Assembly: GCA_020634395.1 (NCBI GenBank) | Contig: JACKBU010000014.1 | Location: 16,118-80,117 of the forward strand | DNA length: 64,000 bases | From: Ardenticatenaceae bacterium | GTDB taxonomy: Bacteria > Chloroflexota > Anaerolineae > Promineifilales > Promineifilaceae | Direction: 5' to 3' | Part shown: piece by piece, positions 45,695 through 55,073 of the stretch | Layout of the letters: every line of letters begins with the position of its first letter | Position numbering within the stretch: the first letter of the stretch is position 1 | Position numbers and translations under genes: made by a program | Notes under the pieces: model-generated | Seen by the model: the letters and a program-made list of their open reading frames with translations, nothing else | What the model was told of the DNA's origin: nothing | Database searches by the model: none

Positions 45695-47851
45695 ATGATC
45701 TATTTCGTCATTCGTGTATTGGTCAATGGCTTGGCCCTTGCTCTGACCATGATTTTGGCGCCCGGTCTCAACCTGTTGCCCCTCCTACCCGGCGTTGTGG
45801 ATGTAACAGCGACCTACCTTCTTTTTGGTATCCTGTTCGGTGTCATCAACGCTCTGGTGCGTCCACTTGTCTTGCTGCTAACCGCCCGGCTCCTGGTCCG
45901 CACGATGGGCTGGTTTGCCATTGTTATTAATGCGTTCCTATTCTCCTTGTTAGCCTGGATTGCCCCCAAAGCGTTTGTTGTCGAATCGCCCAGGCTGCTG
46001 TGGATTGTTATCGGCGGCTCGTTGATGGCCATCGTGGTAGTGGTCATGGAAGCTTTCTTTGGCCTCGATAAGCCGGAGTTCCGCAACAAAACCGAAAGCC
46101 AGATCTATTGGCGCTGGGTGGGCATGTTATCGTCGGGGCGGCGCAATACCATTGCTGAAAACCTGCGCATAGCCCAGATTTCTGAAATCAGCAGCCGTTA
46201 CCTGAAAGACATTGTTGTGGACATGACGCCCCTGGCTCGCTTCCGCGTCTTCATGCAGGAGCTGCTGTTCCGCAGCGTCGATCCTGTTCAGTCTTTAACC
46301 CTGCCCGAAAAAGTGCGTTACATGCTCCAGGAACTTGGGCCTACGTTCGTCAAATTTGGGCAGATTGTCAGCAGCCGTGCTCAGCAGCTGCCGCCGGAGT
46401 GGCTGTACGAATTGGAACGGCTGCAGAGCAACGTGCCGCCTTTCCCTTACGAAGTGGCCCGCGAAATCCTGATCCGAGAACTGAAGGATACTCCTGAGAA
46501 TCTGTTCGCCAGTTTTGAGACGGAACCGTTTGCTGCCGCGTCTACCGCCCAGGTTCATAAAGCTACCCTGCACGATGGCACCGTGGTGGTGGTTAAAGTC
46601 CAACGTCCCAACATCGATGTGACCGTGAAGGCCGATCTCAACGTCATGCGCGATCTTACCAAACGCATTCAGCGGAAGCAGGAGTGGGCGCAAGCCATAG
46701 ACTTGCGCAGTCTGGTGAATGAATTCGCTGATGCGATTTTGTACGAACTGGATTACCGCAACGAAGCTGCCAATATCAGCTTGCTGACGCGCAATATGGC
46801 CCAGTTCGATGCCATCCATGTCCCTACCGTTTACTCTGATCTTTCGACCAGCAAGGTCTTGACGATGGAATTCATCGCCGGCGTTAAGATTAATAACGTC
46901 GAGCGTATCAAAGCTGCTGGAATAGATTGCCAGGCACTGGCGCGCCAGTTTGTACACGCCATGACCAAACAGGCTCTTTTCGATGGCTTTTTCCATGCGG
47001 ATCCTCATCCGGGCAATGTCCTGGTAGACCTGGAAACAGGGCGAATTGGTTTCCTGGATATGGGACTGATGGGTGAACTCAACCGCACGCAACGCATGGC
47101 TCTGGCTGATCTGCTCGTCTCGATGGTAGAGCGCGATGGCTACAATCTGGGTAAAGCTGCCTTGCACCTCAGTCGTCCGCTGCCCGGCCGCGTAATTGAT
47201 GATGCTGAGTTCCTGGAAATGATGGACCGTTTTGGGCAGCGTTTCTTGGGCGATCAGGACGCAGATCTTGGATACACGGTGAACGCCCTGCAAGATGTGC
47301 TGCGGCGCAGTGGGCTGCGTCTGGATCCCAACTTTACCCTGGTTTTTAAGACGTTGATGCAGGCTGATGAAATCGTTCGTGGCCTGGACCCCCAGATCAT
47401 GCTTTCGAATGCGGCCGTCGAGAGCAGTCTTACCCTTGCCCGGGAGGAGTTGAATTCCGAAGCGTTAGCCAAGACGGTGCGTACCCAGATTTCGCGCAGT
47501 TCTCGTGAGGTCTTTTATCGTATTCCGTCCTTGGTGGAAGCAACAACTAAGTGGCTGGATCAGTATGAAAAGGGTCGCTTGAGTGTTCACGTGGACCTAA
47601 GCGATGTGTCGCGAGATGTGGATAAACTTGATAAAGCTTTAAAGAAAGGAATGGACCAGCTGGTGTTGGGTTTGTTGTTAACTGGCTGGTTGGTGGGTGC
47701 GGCCATTGCCGCAACCGTGGAAATTCAGGTGGGAACTTTTAGACTATCTGATTTAGCGTTTTATATGTTTATGGCGGGAACGATTGTGAGTGCTTATGTT
47801 GTTTTCCAGATCATTCGGCGTTTTAACAAGGATGAAGACGAGAATCCTTAG
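45695..47851 (+). CDS. fusion: N-terminal DUF360-like membrane domain + ABC1/UbiB-family atypical kinase
   Basis: VIRVLVNGLALALTMILAPGL...GVINALVRPLVLLLT. Then LGPTFVKFGQIVSSRAQQLPPEW, AAASTAQVHKATL and FHADPHPGNVLV. C-terminal TM helices. Confidence 0.8.
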   Translation: MIYFVIRVLVNGLALALTMILAPGLNLLPLLPGVVDVTATYLLFGILFGVINALVRPLVLLLTARLLVRTMGWFAIVINAFLFSLLAWIAPKAFVVESPRLLWIVIGGSLMAIVVVVMEAFFGLDKPEFRNKTESQIYWRWVGMLSSGRRNTIAENLRIAQISEISSRYLKDIVVDMTPLARFRVFMQELLFRSVDPVQSLTLPEKVRYMLQELGPTFVKFGQIVSSRAQQLPPEWLYELERLQSNVPPFPYEVAREILIRELKDTPENLFASFETEPFAAASTAQVHKATLHDGTVVVVKVQRPNIDVTVKADLNVMRDLTKRIQRKQEWAQAIDLRSLVNEFADAILYELDYRNEAANISLLTRNMAQFDAIHVPTVYSDLSTSKVLTMEFIAGVKINNVERIKAAGIDCQALARQFVHAMTKQALFDGFFHADPHPGNVLVDLETGRIGFLDMGLMGELNRTQRMALADLLVSMVERDGYNLGKAALHLSRPLPGRVIDDAEFLEMMDRFGQRFLGDQDADLGYTVNALQDVLRRSGLRLDPNFTLVFKTLMQADEIVRGLDPQIMLSNAAVESSLTLAREELNSEALAKTVRTQISRSSREVFYRIPSLVEATTKWLDQYEKGRLSVHVDLSDVSRDVDKLDKALKKGMDQLVLGLLLTGWLVGAAIAATVEIQVGTFRLSDLAFYMFMAGTIVSAYVVFQIIRRFNKDEDENP

Positions 47852-47907
47852 ATAGTGTATGGTGGCAGGTTTGCCACCTTGCCATATTTTGGTGGCGAGG
47901 CGCAGCT

Positions 47908-48558
47908 ATGTTGAGCTTTTTACTCGGTGTTGTAATAGTCGTTTTGGGATTGGTAATTGGTGGTGTCGTCCTGCTGACCGGCCGGCGTGCGATTTGGATT
48001 TCGCTGGCGATTGTGGGGCTGGTAGCGACCGGCAATTTGCTGGCCGTAATAGTTGCCGGGCTGAATTCTGGGTTGGACCTGATACGCCAGAGCGAATGGC
48101 TTCTGGTGGCGATAGCGGTCGGTGTGGGGGCATTGGGCTGGTATATTGGACAAACAAGACGGGACGTGGCGATGGCGCTCATTGGTATTGTGGCCGGCGT
48201 GGATATGGCGTTATGGCTGCGGGAGATTATCCAGTATATTTCCAGTGGAGCTGGCCCAACGGGGGCAGGAACGGCCGTTTTGCTCAACCTCCCTGCTATC
48301 CTCATTGGCGGCCTGCTGGGTTGGTGGTTCGTGCGCGCCTTTCGTGATGAGGCGCTCATTCTGTTGACAGTTATTATGGGCGTGGAGATTATTTATCTGG
48401 CTTTAGGGCTAAGCAGCAGCCGTGCGTTTACGGCCGTTATCCTGCTCAGCCTGGCGCTGGCCGGCGTGGTCGTTCAATATGCCGATTACCTGCGCGGTGT
48501 GAAGGCCCAGACGCCCCTCGATCCAATTTCCCAAGAGCTTGAAGCAGGCACGCCATAA
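47908..48558 (+). CDS. polytopic membrane protein (216 aa)
   Basis: Six or so hydrophobic helices. No family recognised. Confidence 0.55.
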   Translation: MLSFLLGVVIVVLGLVIGGVVLLTGRRAIWISLAIVGLVATGNLLAVIVAGLNSGLDLIRQSEWLLVAIAVGVGALGWYIGQTRRDVAMALIGIVAGVDMALWLREIIQYISSGAGPTGAGTAVLLNLPAILIGGLLGWWFVRAFRDEALILLTVIMGVEIIYLALGLSSSRAFTAVILLSLALAGVVVQYADYLRGVKAQTPLDPISQELEAGTP

Positions 48559-48587
48559 GGGCAGATTGTTTTTGAGGAGATGTGACA

Positions 48588-49877
48588 ATGGATGACCAAG
48601 AGTCTATGCCCGTGGAGGCTCCACCGACCGTACAAACTTCGCGGCGCGCCTGGGGACAATTGGGAACGGCCGTGCGCAGTACCACGCCGGCTTCTTTACT
48701 GCGCTCATTGTTGGTGCTGGGCGGAATAGCCGTTATTGCCTGGCTGGTAAAATCTACCTGGCCGGCGCTGCTGCCATTTTTGATCGGCGCCGTTGTGGCC
48801 TACGCGGTGCTGCCCCTCACAAATCGGCTGGACCGATTCATGCCCCGTTCCTTTGCCGTGGTCCTTTCTGTCCTGGTGATAACCCTTATCTTTGGGGCCA
48901 TCGTCTATGCCGTGGCGACGATATTAAGCCGCCAGATTTATAATGCTTACACAGGCTTGCCCAGTCAGGAAGAAATTCACCAATACATAGGCCAGCTGGA
49001 TTCGTCCCTGGATACGCTGCCGCCTGCTGTAGCCGGCGTCGCCCACGATTTGCTCACAGGGACCGCTGACCGAGTGCGTTCCAATATCGAAGTTGCCAGC
49101 GCCGAGAAGGTAGATATTTTTTTCAACGGTATCCTGACGTTGTTTAACGCCGTCGGGTTTATTTTGGGTTTCCTGGTCATTCCGGCCTGGCTGCTGTTGG
49201 TGCTGCAAGATCAGCGGGCGGGCGCGCAGGCTGTCCAGCGCATGCTGCCAAGGCGTTTGCTGCCAGACATAATGGCCCTCTGGCGGATTATCGATCGCGC
49301 CTTTCGCACGTTTTTAGAGGGCCAGGTGTTTCTAGCCGTATTTGTCAGCGTTTGTCTGTACATTGGCCTGACTTTTTTTGCCACGGTTGGCCTGCCCCTG
49401 ACGCAAACCAGGTTGGCCGCGGCCGTTTTTGCCGGCGTCTTACAGCTTATCCCGACTATCGGTCCGGCAATAGTCATCGGGATCATTTTATTAAGCGGGT
49501 TTTTTACGGGGTTTCAACTGGAGTTTTTTATCTTACTGGGGCTATATGTGTTCGTCCTGTTTTTGGTGAAACGGGTGGCAGAGCCGCGCATCGAACAGCG
49601 CCTGATCAAAATCCATCCGGCGCTGCTGGTGATGGTCGTGGTAGCCTTGAGCGAGTTTGGGCTGCTGTGGATTCTGCTGGCCGCGCCGATTACGGCCGTT
49701 TGTTATGATCTCTTTATGTACGTATACGGCCGTCTCAGTGACCCCCCGCGTCCTGCCGGGCTGCTGCCGGATGAACCGCTCCCTCAGCCACCGGCCATAA
49801 GCTCCAGGCCATCCGGACCGGAAGCCATACCGTTGGCCTATCGACACGGCCGTGCCGCGCGCCGGTCATCGTCTTAA
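48588..49877 (+). CDS. AI-2E family (PerM/UPF0118) transporter
   Basis: GAGGAG RBS. Helix arrangement and the LPFLIGAVVAYAVLPLTNRL pattern are typical of the family. Confidence 0.75.
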   Translation: MDDQESMPVEAPPTVQTSRRAWGQLGTAVRSTTPASLLRSLLVLGGIAVIAWLVKSTWPALLPFLIGAVVAYAVLPLTNRLDRFMPRSFAVVLSVLVITLIFGAIVYAVATILSRQIYNAYTGLPSQEEIHQYIGQLDSSLDTLPPAVAGVAHDLLTGTADRVRSNIEVASAEKVDIFFNGILTLFNAVGFILGFLVIPAWLLLVLQDQRAGAQAVQRMLPRRLLPDIMALWRIIDRAFRTFLEGQVFLAVFVSVCLYIGLTFFATVGLPLTQTRLAAAVFAGVLQLIPTIGPAIVIGIILLSGFFTGFQLEFFILLGLYVFVLFLVKRVAEPRIEQRLIKIHPALLVMVVVALSEFGLLWILLAAPITAVCYDLFMYVYGRLSDPPRPAGLLPDEPLPQPPAISSRPSGPEAIPLAYRHGRAARRSSS

Positions 49878-49891
49878 ATGGGAGGTGAAAT

Positions 49892-51139
49892 ATGACAGAA
49901 AGCACTTTATCCAATTCATACCTGACCGAGCATCAAGGCTACAGCCAGCTTACCCAAATACGGGTTCCTCTGGCCGAAGCCGGAGAAGCATTTACCATGC
50001 GCGACGCCAGCGGCAAAATCCCCATCATCCTGGTGCCTGCGCAGCCCAACCGTGTCCGAAACGAACTGGTGTTAACAGCTCTGATCATCATTTTCGGCGG
50101 CGTTGCCTTAGGCCTCATCTTTGATCGTGCCGTCCTCATTTCCCTGGCTTTGCCAATAGGTCTGTTGCTGCTCGTTCTCGGCGTTTATCGCGCCTTCATT
50201 GTACGCATCCCCGAAGGCGCCAAGGCTTTGCTCACCCGTGGCGGGCGGTATGTCCGCACCGTTGGCGCGGGCACACATCTGCTGGCCCCCTGGTACGTCA
50301 TCTCTCACCTGGTCACCGAACGCGAAATTCCCTTCGACGTACCGGTGGTCAATTCTCCGACAAAAGACAACGTGCGTGTCAACGTGGATACACTCTTTAC
50401 CTTCCGCATCAACGAACCCTACCAGTTTGTCTACCGCATTTCGGCCAGCGACTTTGATCAGGTTTTCCAGGCCGTTTGTCAAGATACTTTGCGCAGCTTT
50501 GTGCGCAGCGTCACTTCAGATGAGGTGATGGATTTAAAGCGGCTCGATATGAAAGACATTCTGGTCGGCCTGAATGAAGAAGTTGCGCCTTACGGCGTAG
50601 AGGTAATGAAAAACAGCATCACCTTTGCCCAGCCACCAGCCGAATTTATGCAGTCACAGGAAGCGCGCCAGTTGGCCATCCTGCAGCAAAAAGAGCAGCA
50701 AGAGAAGCAGGCGCTGGCCATTCGCCGCCAGCGCGATGCCGATGAACTGGCCCACCAGCGAGTGCTGGGTCAGGTGGAACGCGAAAAAGAAGCGTTGGAA
50801 GTCGAGTATCAAAAGGCGGAAGCGCGCCAACGTCTGGTTGAAATCGAGGCCGTAACCGAAGCTATGCGCCTGACGCGCATGGAAGAGCGTATTGAGCAGT
50901 TCCCAAAGGCAACCGAATGGGAAGTAGAGCTGGCTTACCTGGAAGTAGCCCGGGCTCTGGCCGGTAACACGCGGGCCATGTTACAGATTGGCCAGGCCAG
51001 CGAGATTTCGCAGGCATTCCTGGTACGCGACATCCTGCGCCAGGAAATGGCGGATGGCGAGATTACGCAGGCCACTCCAAAACCCATCAATCTGGATGCG
51101 GCAGGATCAGACGGCACAACCACTGGTCCGGAAGTCTAG
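49892..51139 (+). CDS. SPFH/band-7 (stomatin/prohibitin-like) membrane protein with long coiled-coil tail
   Basis: GGGAGG RBS. TM helix, then IPEGAKALLTRGGRYVRTVGAGTHLLAPW...DNVRVNVDTLFTFRI. Glu/Gln/Arg-rich coiled coil. Confidence 0.8.
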   Translation: MTESTLSNSYLTEHQGYSQLTQIRVPLAEAGEAFTMRDASGKIPIILVPAQPNRVRNELVLTALIIIFGGVALGLIFDRAVLISLALPIGLLLLVLGVYRAFIVRIPEGAKALLTRGGRYVRTVGAGTHLLAPWYVISHLVTEREIPFDVPVVNSPTKDNVRVNVDTLFTFRINEPYQFVYRISASDFDQVFQAVCQDTLRSFVRSVTSDEVMDLKRLDMKDILVGLNEEVAPYGVEVMKNSITFAQPPAEFMQSQEARQLAILQQKEQQEKQALAIRRQRDADELAHQRVLGQVEREKEALEVEYQKAEARQRLVEIEAVTEAMRLTRMEERIEQFPKATEWEVELAYLEVARALAGNTRAMLQIGQASEISQAFLVRDILRQEMADGEITQATPKPINLDAAGSDGTTTGPEV

Positions 51140-51369
51140 CCGGTTTTAGCCCAAGTAAATGCACATCCATAGTGATGAAAATTGGCAACGAATTGTCGCT
51201 AATGGGTACTAAATGGGCACGATATGGGCATGATTTGTGTTAGTTCGAGTTAATTCGTTGCCATTTTCAGGAGAGACTTCGCCGGCTGCCGCCAACCTCC
51301 TGGAGGTTTTAAGGGCAGCGCAAAGTTAAGATAACAACCTCCGGGAGATTTAGTTACGAAGGAGCACTC

Positions 51370-52245
51370 ATGAGCCAGATGTATCAAAACGTAGTCATTA
51401 TTGTCAATCCGGCTTCGGGCAAGCAGGAGCCCATTCTCAATATCATTAACGACGTATTCCACCAACACGACATACCCTGGAGTATACGCATTACCCATCA
51501 GTTTGGGGATGCCAGCCGCTTTGCGCGTGAGGCGGCGGCCTCTGGCGCTGACCTGGTGGTGGGCTACGGCGGCGACGGCACGCAGATGGAGGTGGCCAAT
51601 GGCCTGATCGGCAGCGGCGTTCCATTGGGCATTTTGCCAGGTGGTACAGGCAATGCCATGGCTTTTGAACTTAACATCCCTCGTGATCTGCGCCAGGCGG
51701 CTGAACTGATCTGCACCAGCCAGAAAAAACGGCCGGTAGATCTGGCTCGCGCGAACGACAAATACTTTATGCTGCGCCTTTACTCCGGTGTGGAGGAAGA
51801 ACAAAAGACCAGCCGGGAGATGAAGGACAAGTATGGTGTGCTGGCCTATCCTATGTCGGTGGTCGGGATGCTGCGTGATTTGAATCATGCCCACTATCGT
51901 ATGACTATTGATGGGGAGTTGGTGGAGGAAAATGGCGTTGTGTGTTTTGTCGTTAACGCCGGCAGTCTGGGCGGCGTTGCTCTGTCATTCGATGCACAAA
52001 TTGACGTGTCGGATGGCTTGTTGGACGTGTTCATGATCAATACGGACCTGTCTTCGCTGCAGGCGGCGACCGGCCGTTTCTTGAATCTCTCCACGGAGCG
52101 GGCGCGCTGGCACTATTGGCGCGGCCGAGAGATTGTGATGGAGGCTGATCCGCCGCAAACGATCTGGCTGGACGGGGAGTTGTTGGGGCCGACGCCGGTG
52201 ACAGTAACGGCCGTTCCGGCTGCTATCCAGGTGATCGTTCCCTGA
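51370..52245 (+). CDS. diacylglycerol-kinase-like lipid kinase (YegS/BmrU family)
   Basis: GAAGGAG RBS. VIIVNPASGK, VVGYGGDGT and GILPGGTGNA motifs. Confidence 0.85.
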   Translation: MSQMYQNVVIIVNPASGKQEPILNIINDVFHQHDIPWSIRITHQFGDASRFAREAAASGADLVVGYGGDGTQMEVANGLIGSGVPLGILPGGTGNAMAFELNIPRDLRQAAELICTSQKKRPVDLARANDKYFMLRLYSGVEEEQKTSREMKDKYGVLAYPMSVVGMLRDLNHAHYRMTIDGELVEENGVVCFVVNAGSLGGVALSFDAQIDVSDGLLDVFMINTDLSSLQAATGRFLNLSTERARWHYWRGREIVMEADPPQTIWLDGELLGPTPVTVTAVPAAIQVIVP

Positions 52246-52270
52246 ACCTGGAAATAGAGGAAACCTTATT

Positions 52271-53692
52271 ATGTCTTCAGTTCCTTATCCCAAAATATTC
52301 GTTGTTGTCAATCCTGCTTCCGGGAAGGACGAACCCATTCTCCATGTGCTCAACCACGTCTTCCGGCAGTATGACGTGCAGTGGGAGGCGGACGTTACCC
52401 ACAAATTTGGCGACGCTACCCGCCTGGCCCGGCAGGCTGCCGCCGCCGGCTACGACCTGGTGGCCGGGTACGGCGGCGATGGCACCCAGCACGAAATTGC
52501 GAACGGCCTGCTCGGCACAACGGCCGTGATGGGCATTCTGCCCGGCGGCACAGGTAACGGCTTTGCCAACGAGATCGGCATTCCCAAAACTCTGGCGGAG
52601 GCGACCGAACTGCTGTGTACCAGCAGCGAACTACGGCGCGTAGACGCCGTACAGATGGGCGACCAGTACTTCGTCCAGCGCCTGTACGTGGGCATCGAAC
52701 CCGAGGAACAGACGAGCCGCGAAATGAAGGACAAATATGGCGTTCTGGCTTATGGTATTTCGGCTTACCAGCAGACGACCCACCATCCCGAGTACCAGTA
52801 TCGTCTCACGGTTGACGGTGAGGTCATTGAGGTGTCGGGAACGAAGTGCTACGTCATCAATTCGGGGCGAACGGGCACTGGCCTATCGGTGCTGGGGCAT
52901 AATTTTGCCGTGGATGATGGTTTGCTGGATGTTTTTGTGCTGAACACCCACAACGTGGAGACGCTGGTGGCGGCCACCGATCGTTTTCTGAACCTGGGTA
53001 CCGAACGGTCAAAACAGTACTTCTGGCGCGGTAAGGAAGTAACGATTGAAACGACGCCTGATCAGCCCGTTTGGACGGATGGGGAATACGCGGGACGCAC
53101 GCCCGTCAGCGTAAAGGTGCTGCCTGGCGCTCTGCGCATCGCTGCGCCAAAGCCGCAGGTGTTTGCCAAGACGGTGTACGACGCAGTTTTGACGGTGCAT
53201 GAAGGGCACGACACGGCCGTTGCCGCTTATGAAGCGCTTCTGGCCCTGGAAAAGGAAAAGGCTGTCAAGCTGCATATGGCTGCTGTTATCCGCCGCCGCG
53301 CCAATGGCAAGCTGCGCATCGAGCACAAACGCGGCGCTTCGGCCAGTAAGGGCATGGTGGGCGGCGGGGCGATTGGGCTGCTGTTGGCGGCGGCGACCGG
53401 GGGCGCGACGTTGGGTGTAACGGCCGTGGCCGCCGGTATAGGCGCACTCGTCGGTTCCTCCCGGTCCGGCTTGCAGAAAGAGTTAAAGCCGTTGCTCGAC
53501 GATAAGCTCGGTGCAGACGATTCTGCCCTGGCTTTTATTATCGAGGCAGCCGACGTCCAGCGGGTGCGAGAAACGCTGAATAACTTTGGCGGGCAGATGC
53601 TTATAGCCGAGTTGTCGCCGCAAACCGAAGAACAGCTGCTGGCCATTGATCAAAATGAAGAACTGGCCGCGGCGTTGAACACGATGGAGTGA
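52271..53692 (+). CDS. fusion: DAG-kinase-like lipid kinase + C-terminal DUF1269-like domain (copy 9)
   Basis: VVVNPASGK, VAGYGGDGT and GILPGGTGNG. From about 53170: VYDAVLTVHEGHDTAVAAYEALLALEKEKAVKLHMAAVIRRRANGKLRIE...GGGAIGLLLAAATGGATLGVTAVAAGIGALVG...DDSALAFII. Confidence 0.75.
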   Translation: MSSVPYPKIFVVVNPASGKDEPILHVLNHVFRQYDVQWEADVTHKFGDATRLARQAAAAGYDLVAGYGGDGTQHEIANGLLGTTAVMGILPGGTGNGFANEIGIPKTLAEATELLCTSSELRRVDAVQMGDQYFVQRLYVGIEPEEQTSREMKDKYGVLAYGISAYQQTTHHPEYQYRLTVDGEVIEVSGTKCYVINSGRTGTGLSVLGHNFAVDDGLLDVFVLNTHNVETLVAATDRFLNLGTERSKQYFWRGKEVTIETTPDQPVWTDGEYAGRTPVSVKVLPGALRIAAPKPQVFAKTVYDAVLTVHEGHDTAVAAYEALLALEKEKAVKLHMAAVIRRRANGKLRIEHKRGASASKGMVGGGAIGLLLAAATGGATLGVTAVAAGIGALVGSSRSGLQKELKPLLDDKLGADDSALAFIIEAADVQRVRETLNNFGGQMLIAELSPQTEEQLLAIDQNEELAAALNTME

Positions 53693-53732
53693 AGTTTGCT
53701 GTGATGGTTTTTTAGCGATAGGGAGGAGTGAG

Positions 53733-54566
53733 ATGACTACGGCTAAACGGATTATCGCCATTGTATTGATGTTGGTTTCGGTCCTTGGCCTGCTGCTGGC
53801 CCTGTTTGGCATTGTTGGGAGTTGGTCGGTCCGCAATAAGGCTACGGATGTCACGATCCGGCTGCTGACTGCTGGCGAAACGGCCGTTGCCGCCAGCCAG
53901 TCCAGTCTGGATCGGGTCGATCAACGCCTTACCACTGCCGGTGAGAATATCACGTTTATTGAAAACGAAATGAACAACCTGGGAACAACCATCAACGAGA
54001 CCAATCTCGTGTTCTCGGTTGTTTCGCGTACGGTGGGCACGGAATTGGCGCCTGTGGTTATTCAGGCTCAGGAGACGGCCGCGAACGTGCGCGACACGGT
54101 AACGGCCGTGAATGCGGCCATCGAGGCGATTAACGCGATTCCTTTCATTTCACTGGATGAGGTGCTGCCCCAGCCGGGTATCTTGCAGGAGATCGGCGAC
54201 GAGTTGGCGGCCATCAGGGCCGAGGTGGAGGAAACGCGCACGGCCATGCAAACGCGCAAAGAGGAAATTGTCAACGGCAGTATTTCGATAATCACTGACC
54301 GGACGACGCGGCTGAACGGCCGTGTCGACAATGTGCAAGGCCGGATTGCCGAGTTGGATGCCCGGCTCGCAACGGCCAGCAGCAACCTGGCGCAGCTAAA
54401 AATCTCTTTGCCAAGGCTGTTCACGTTGGGCGCTCTGGCGCTCAGTATTGCTTTTCTGTTTGCCGGACTGGCTTTTGCCAGCCTGTTTTTCCACAGCTGG
54501 TCGTTTTTCGCCGATCCGGAGCGAAGCTTTAAGTCCTTCATTCCCGTAAAGAAGGACTTGGCGTGA
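53733..54566 (+). CDS. membrane protein with N- and C-terminal helices and helical ectodomain
   Basis: GGGAGGAG RBS. 277 aa. No family recognised. Confidence 0.55.
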   Translation: MTTAKRIIAIVLMLVSVLGLLLALFGIVGSWSVRNKATDVTIRLLTAGETAVAASQSSLDRVDQRLTTAGENITFIENEMNNLGTTINETNLVFSVVSRTVGTELAPVVIQAQETAANVRDTVTAVNAAIEAINAIPFISLDEVLPQPGILQEIGDELAAIRAEVEETRTAMQTRKEEIVNGSISIITDRTTRLNGRVDNVQGRIAELDARLATASSNLAQLKISLPRLFTLGALALSIAFLFAGLAFASLFFHSWSFFADPERSFKSFIPVKKDLA

Positions 54567-54610
54567 AGATTGATCGGCAGGTTCCGTCGTTTAAAAATTC
54601 AAGCAACCTT

Positions 54611-54722
54611 AACGCAAAGAGCGCAAAGAAGCAGAGGCGCAAAGTTTTCGTTTTCTGACGGGCCTTCCAGAGTGAAGGGTGATGGATAAGCGGAAAACTT
54701 TGCGTCTTTGCCCCTTGGCGTT
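54611..54722. repeat. GC-rich imperfect palindromic element (GCAAAG-type)
   Basis: AACGCAAAGAGCGCAAAGAAGCAGAGGCGCAAAGTTTTCG ... CGGAAAACTTTGCGTCTTTGCCCCTTGGCGTT. The arms are inverted and imperfect. Confidence 0.7.
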
Positions 54723-54856
54723 GGGGCTATTCGTTGTCTGGCGGCGATACGGCCGTTATTCGGCGCCTAATCCCACCAGTTGACCAGTCATAAGCTCCCC
54801 CATCGTTTTCTCCTCAAACATACAGTTTTTATCCACCTACTACAACCCCAGGTTCC

Positions 54857-54965
54857 TGTGGAAACTGAGTTGTGGCGTGTGGAAACTTGACTGTGGAGCG
54901 TGGAAACTTGACTGTGGCGTGTGGAAACTTGACTGTGGAGTGTGGAAACTCGACTGTGGAGCGTG
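54857..54965. repeat. 21-bp tandem array C (5 copies, unit TGTGGAAACTTGACTGTGGAG)
   Basis: GGAAAC recurs at 54860, 54881, 54902, 54923 and 54944. Lies 110-220 bp upstream of the HIT gene. Confidence 0.9.
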
Positions 54966-55073
54966 GGTTGAAGTTAGATTGTCGTGGCTACGAACAACTG
55001 TCGCCTCCCGGCGGGGGCGGCGAGGTAGTTTTGGGGTGCGGCCGGTTAGCCGCTGCGCCCATCTGGAGGTAAC

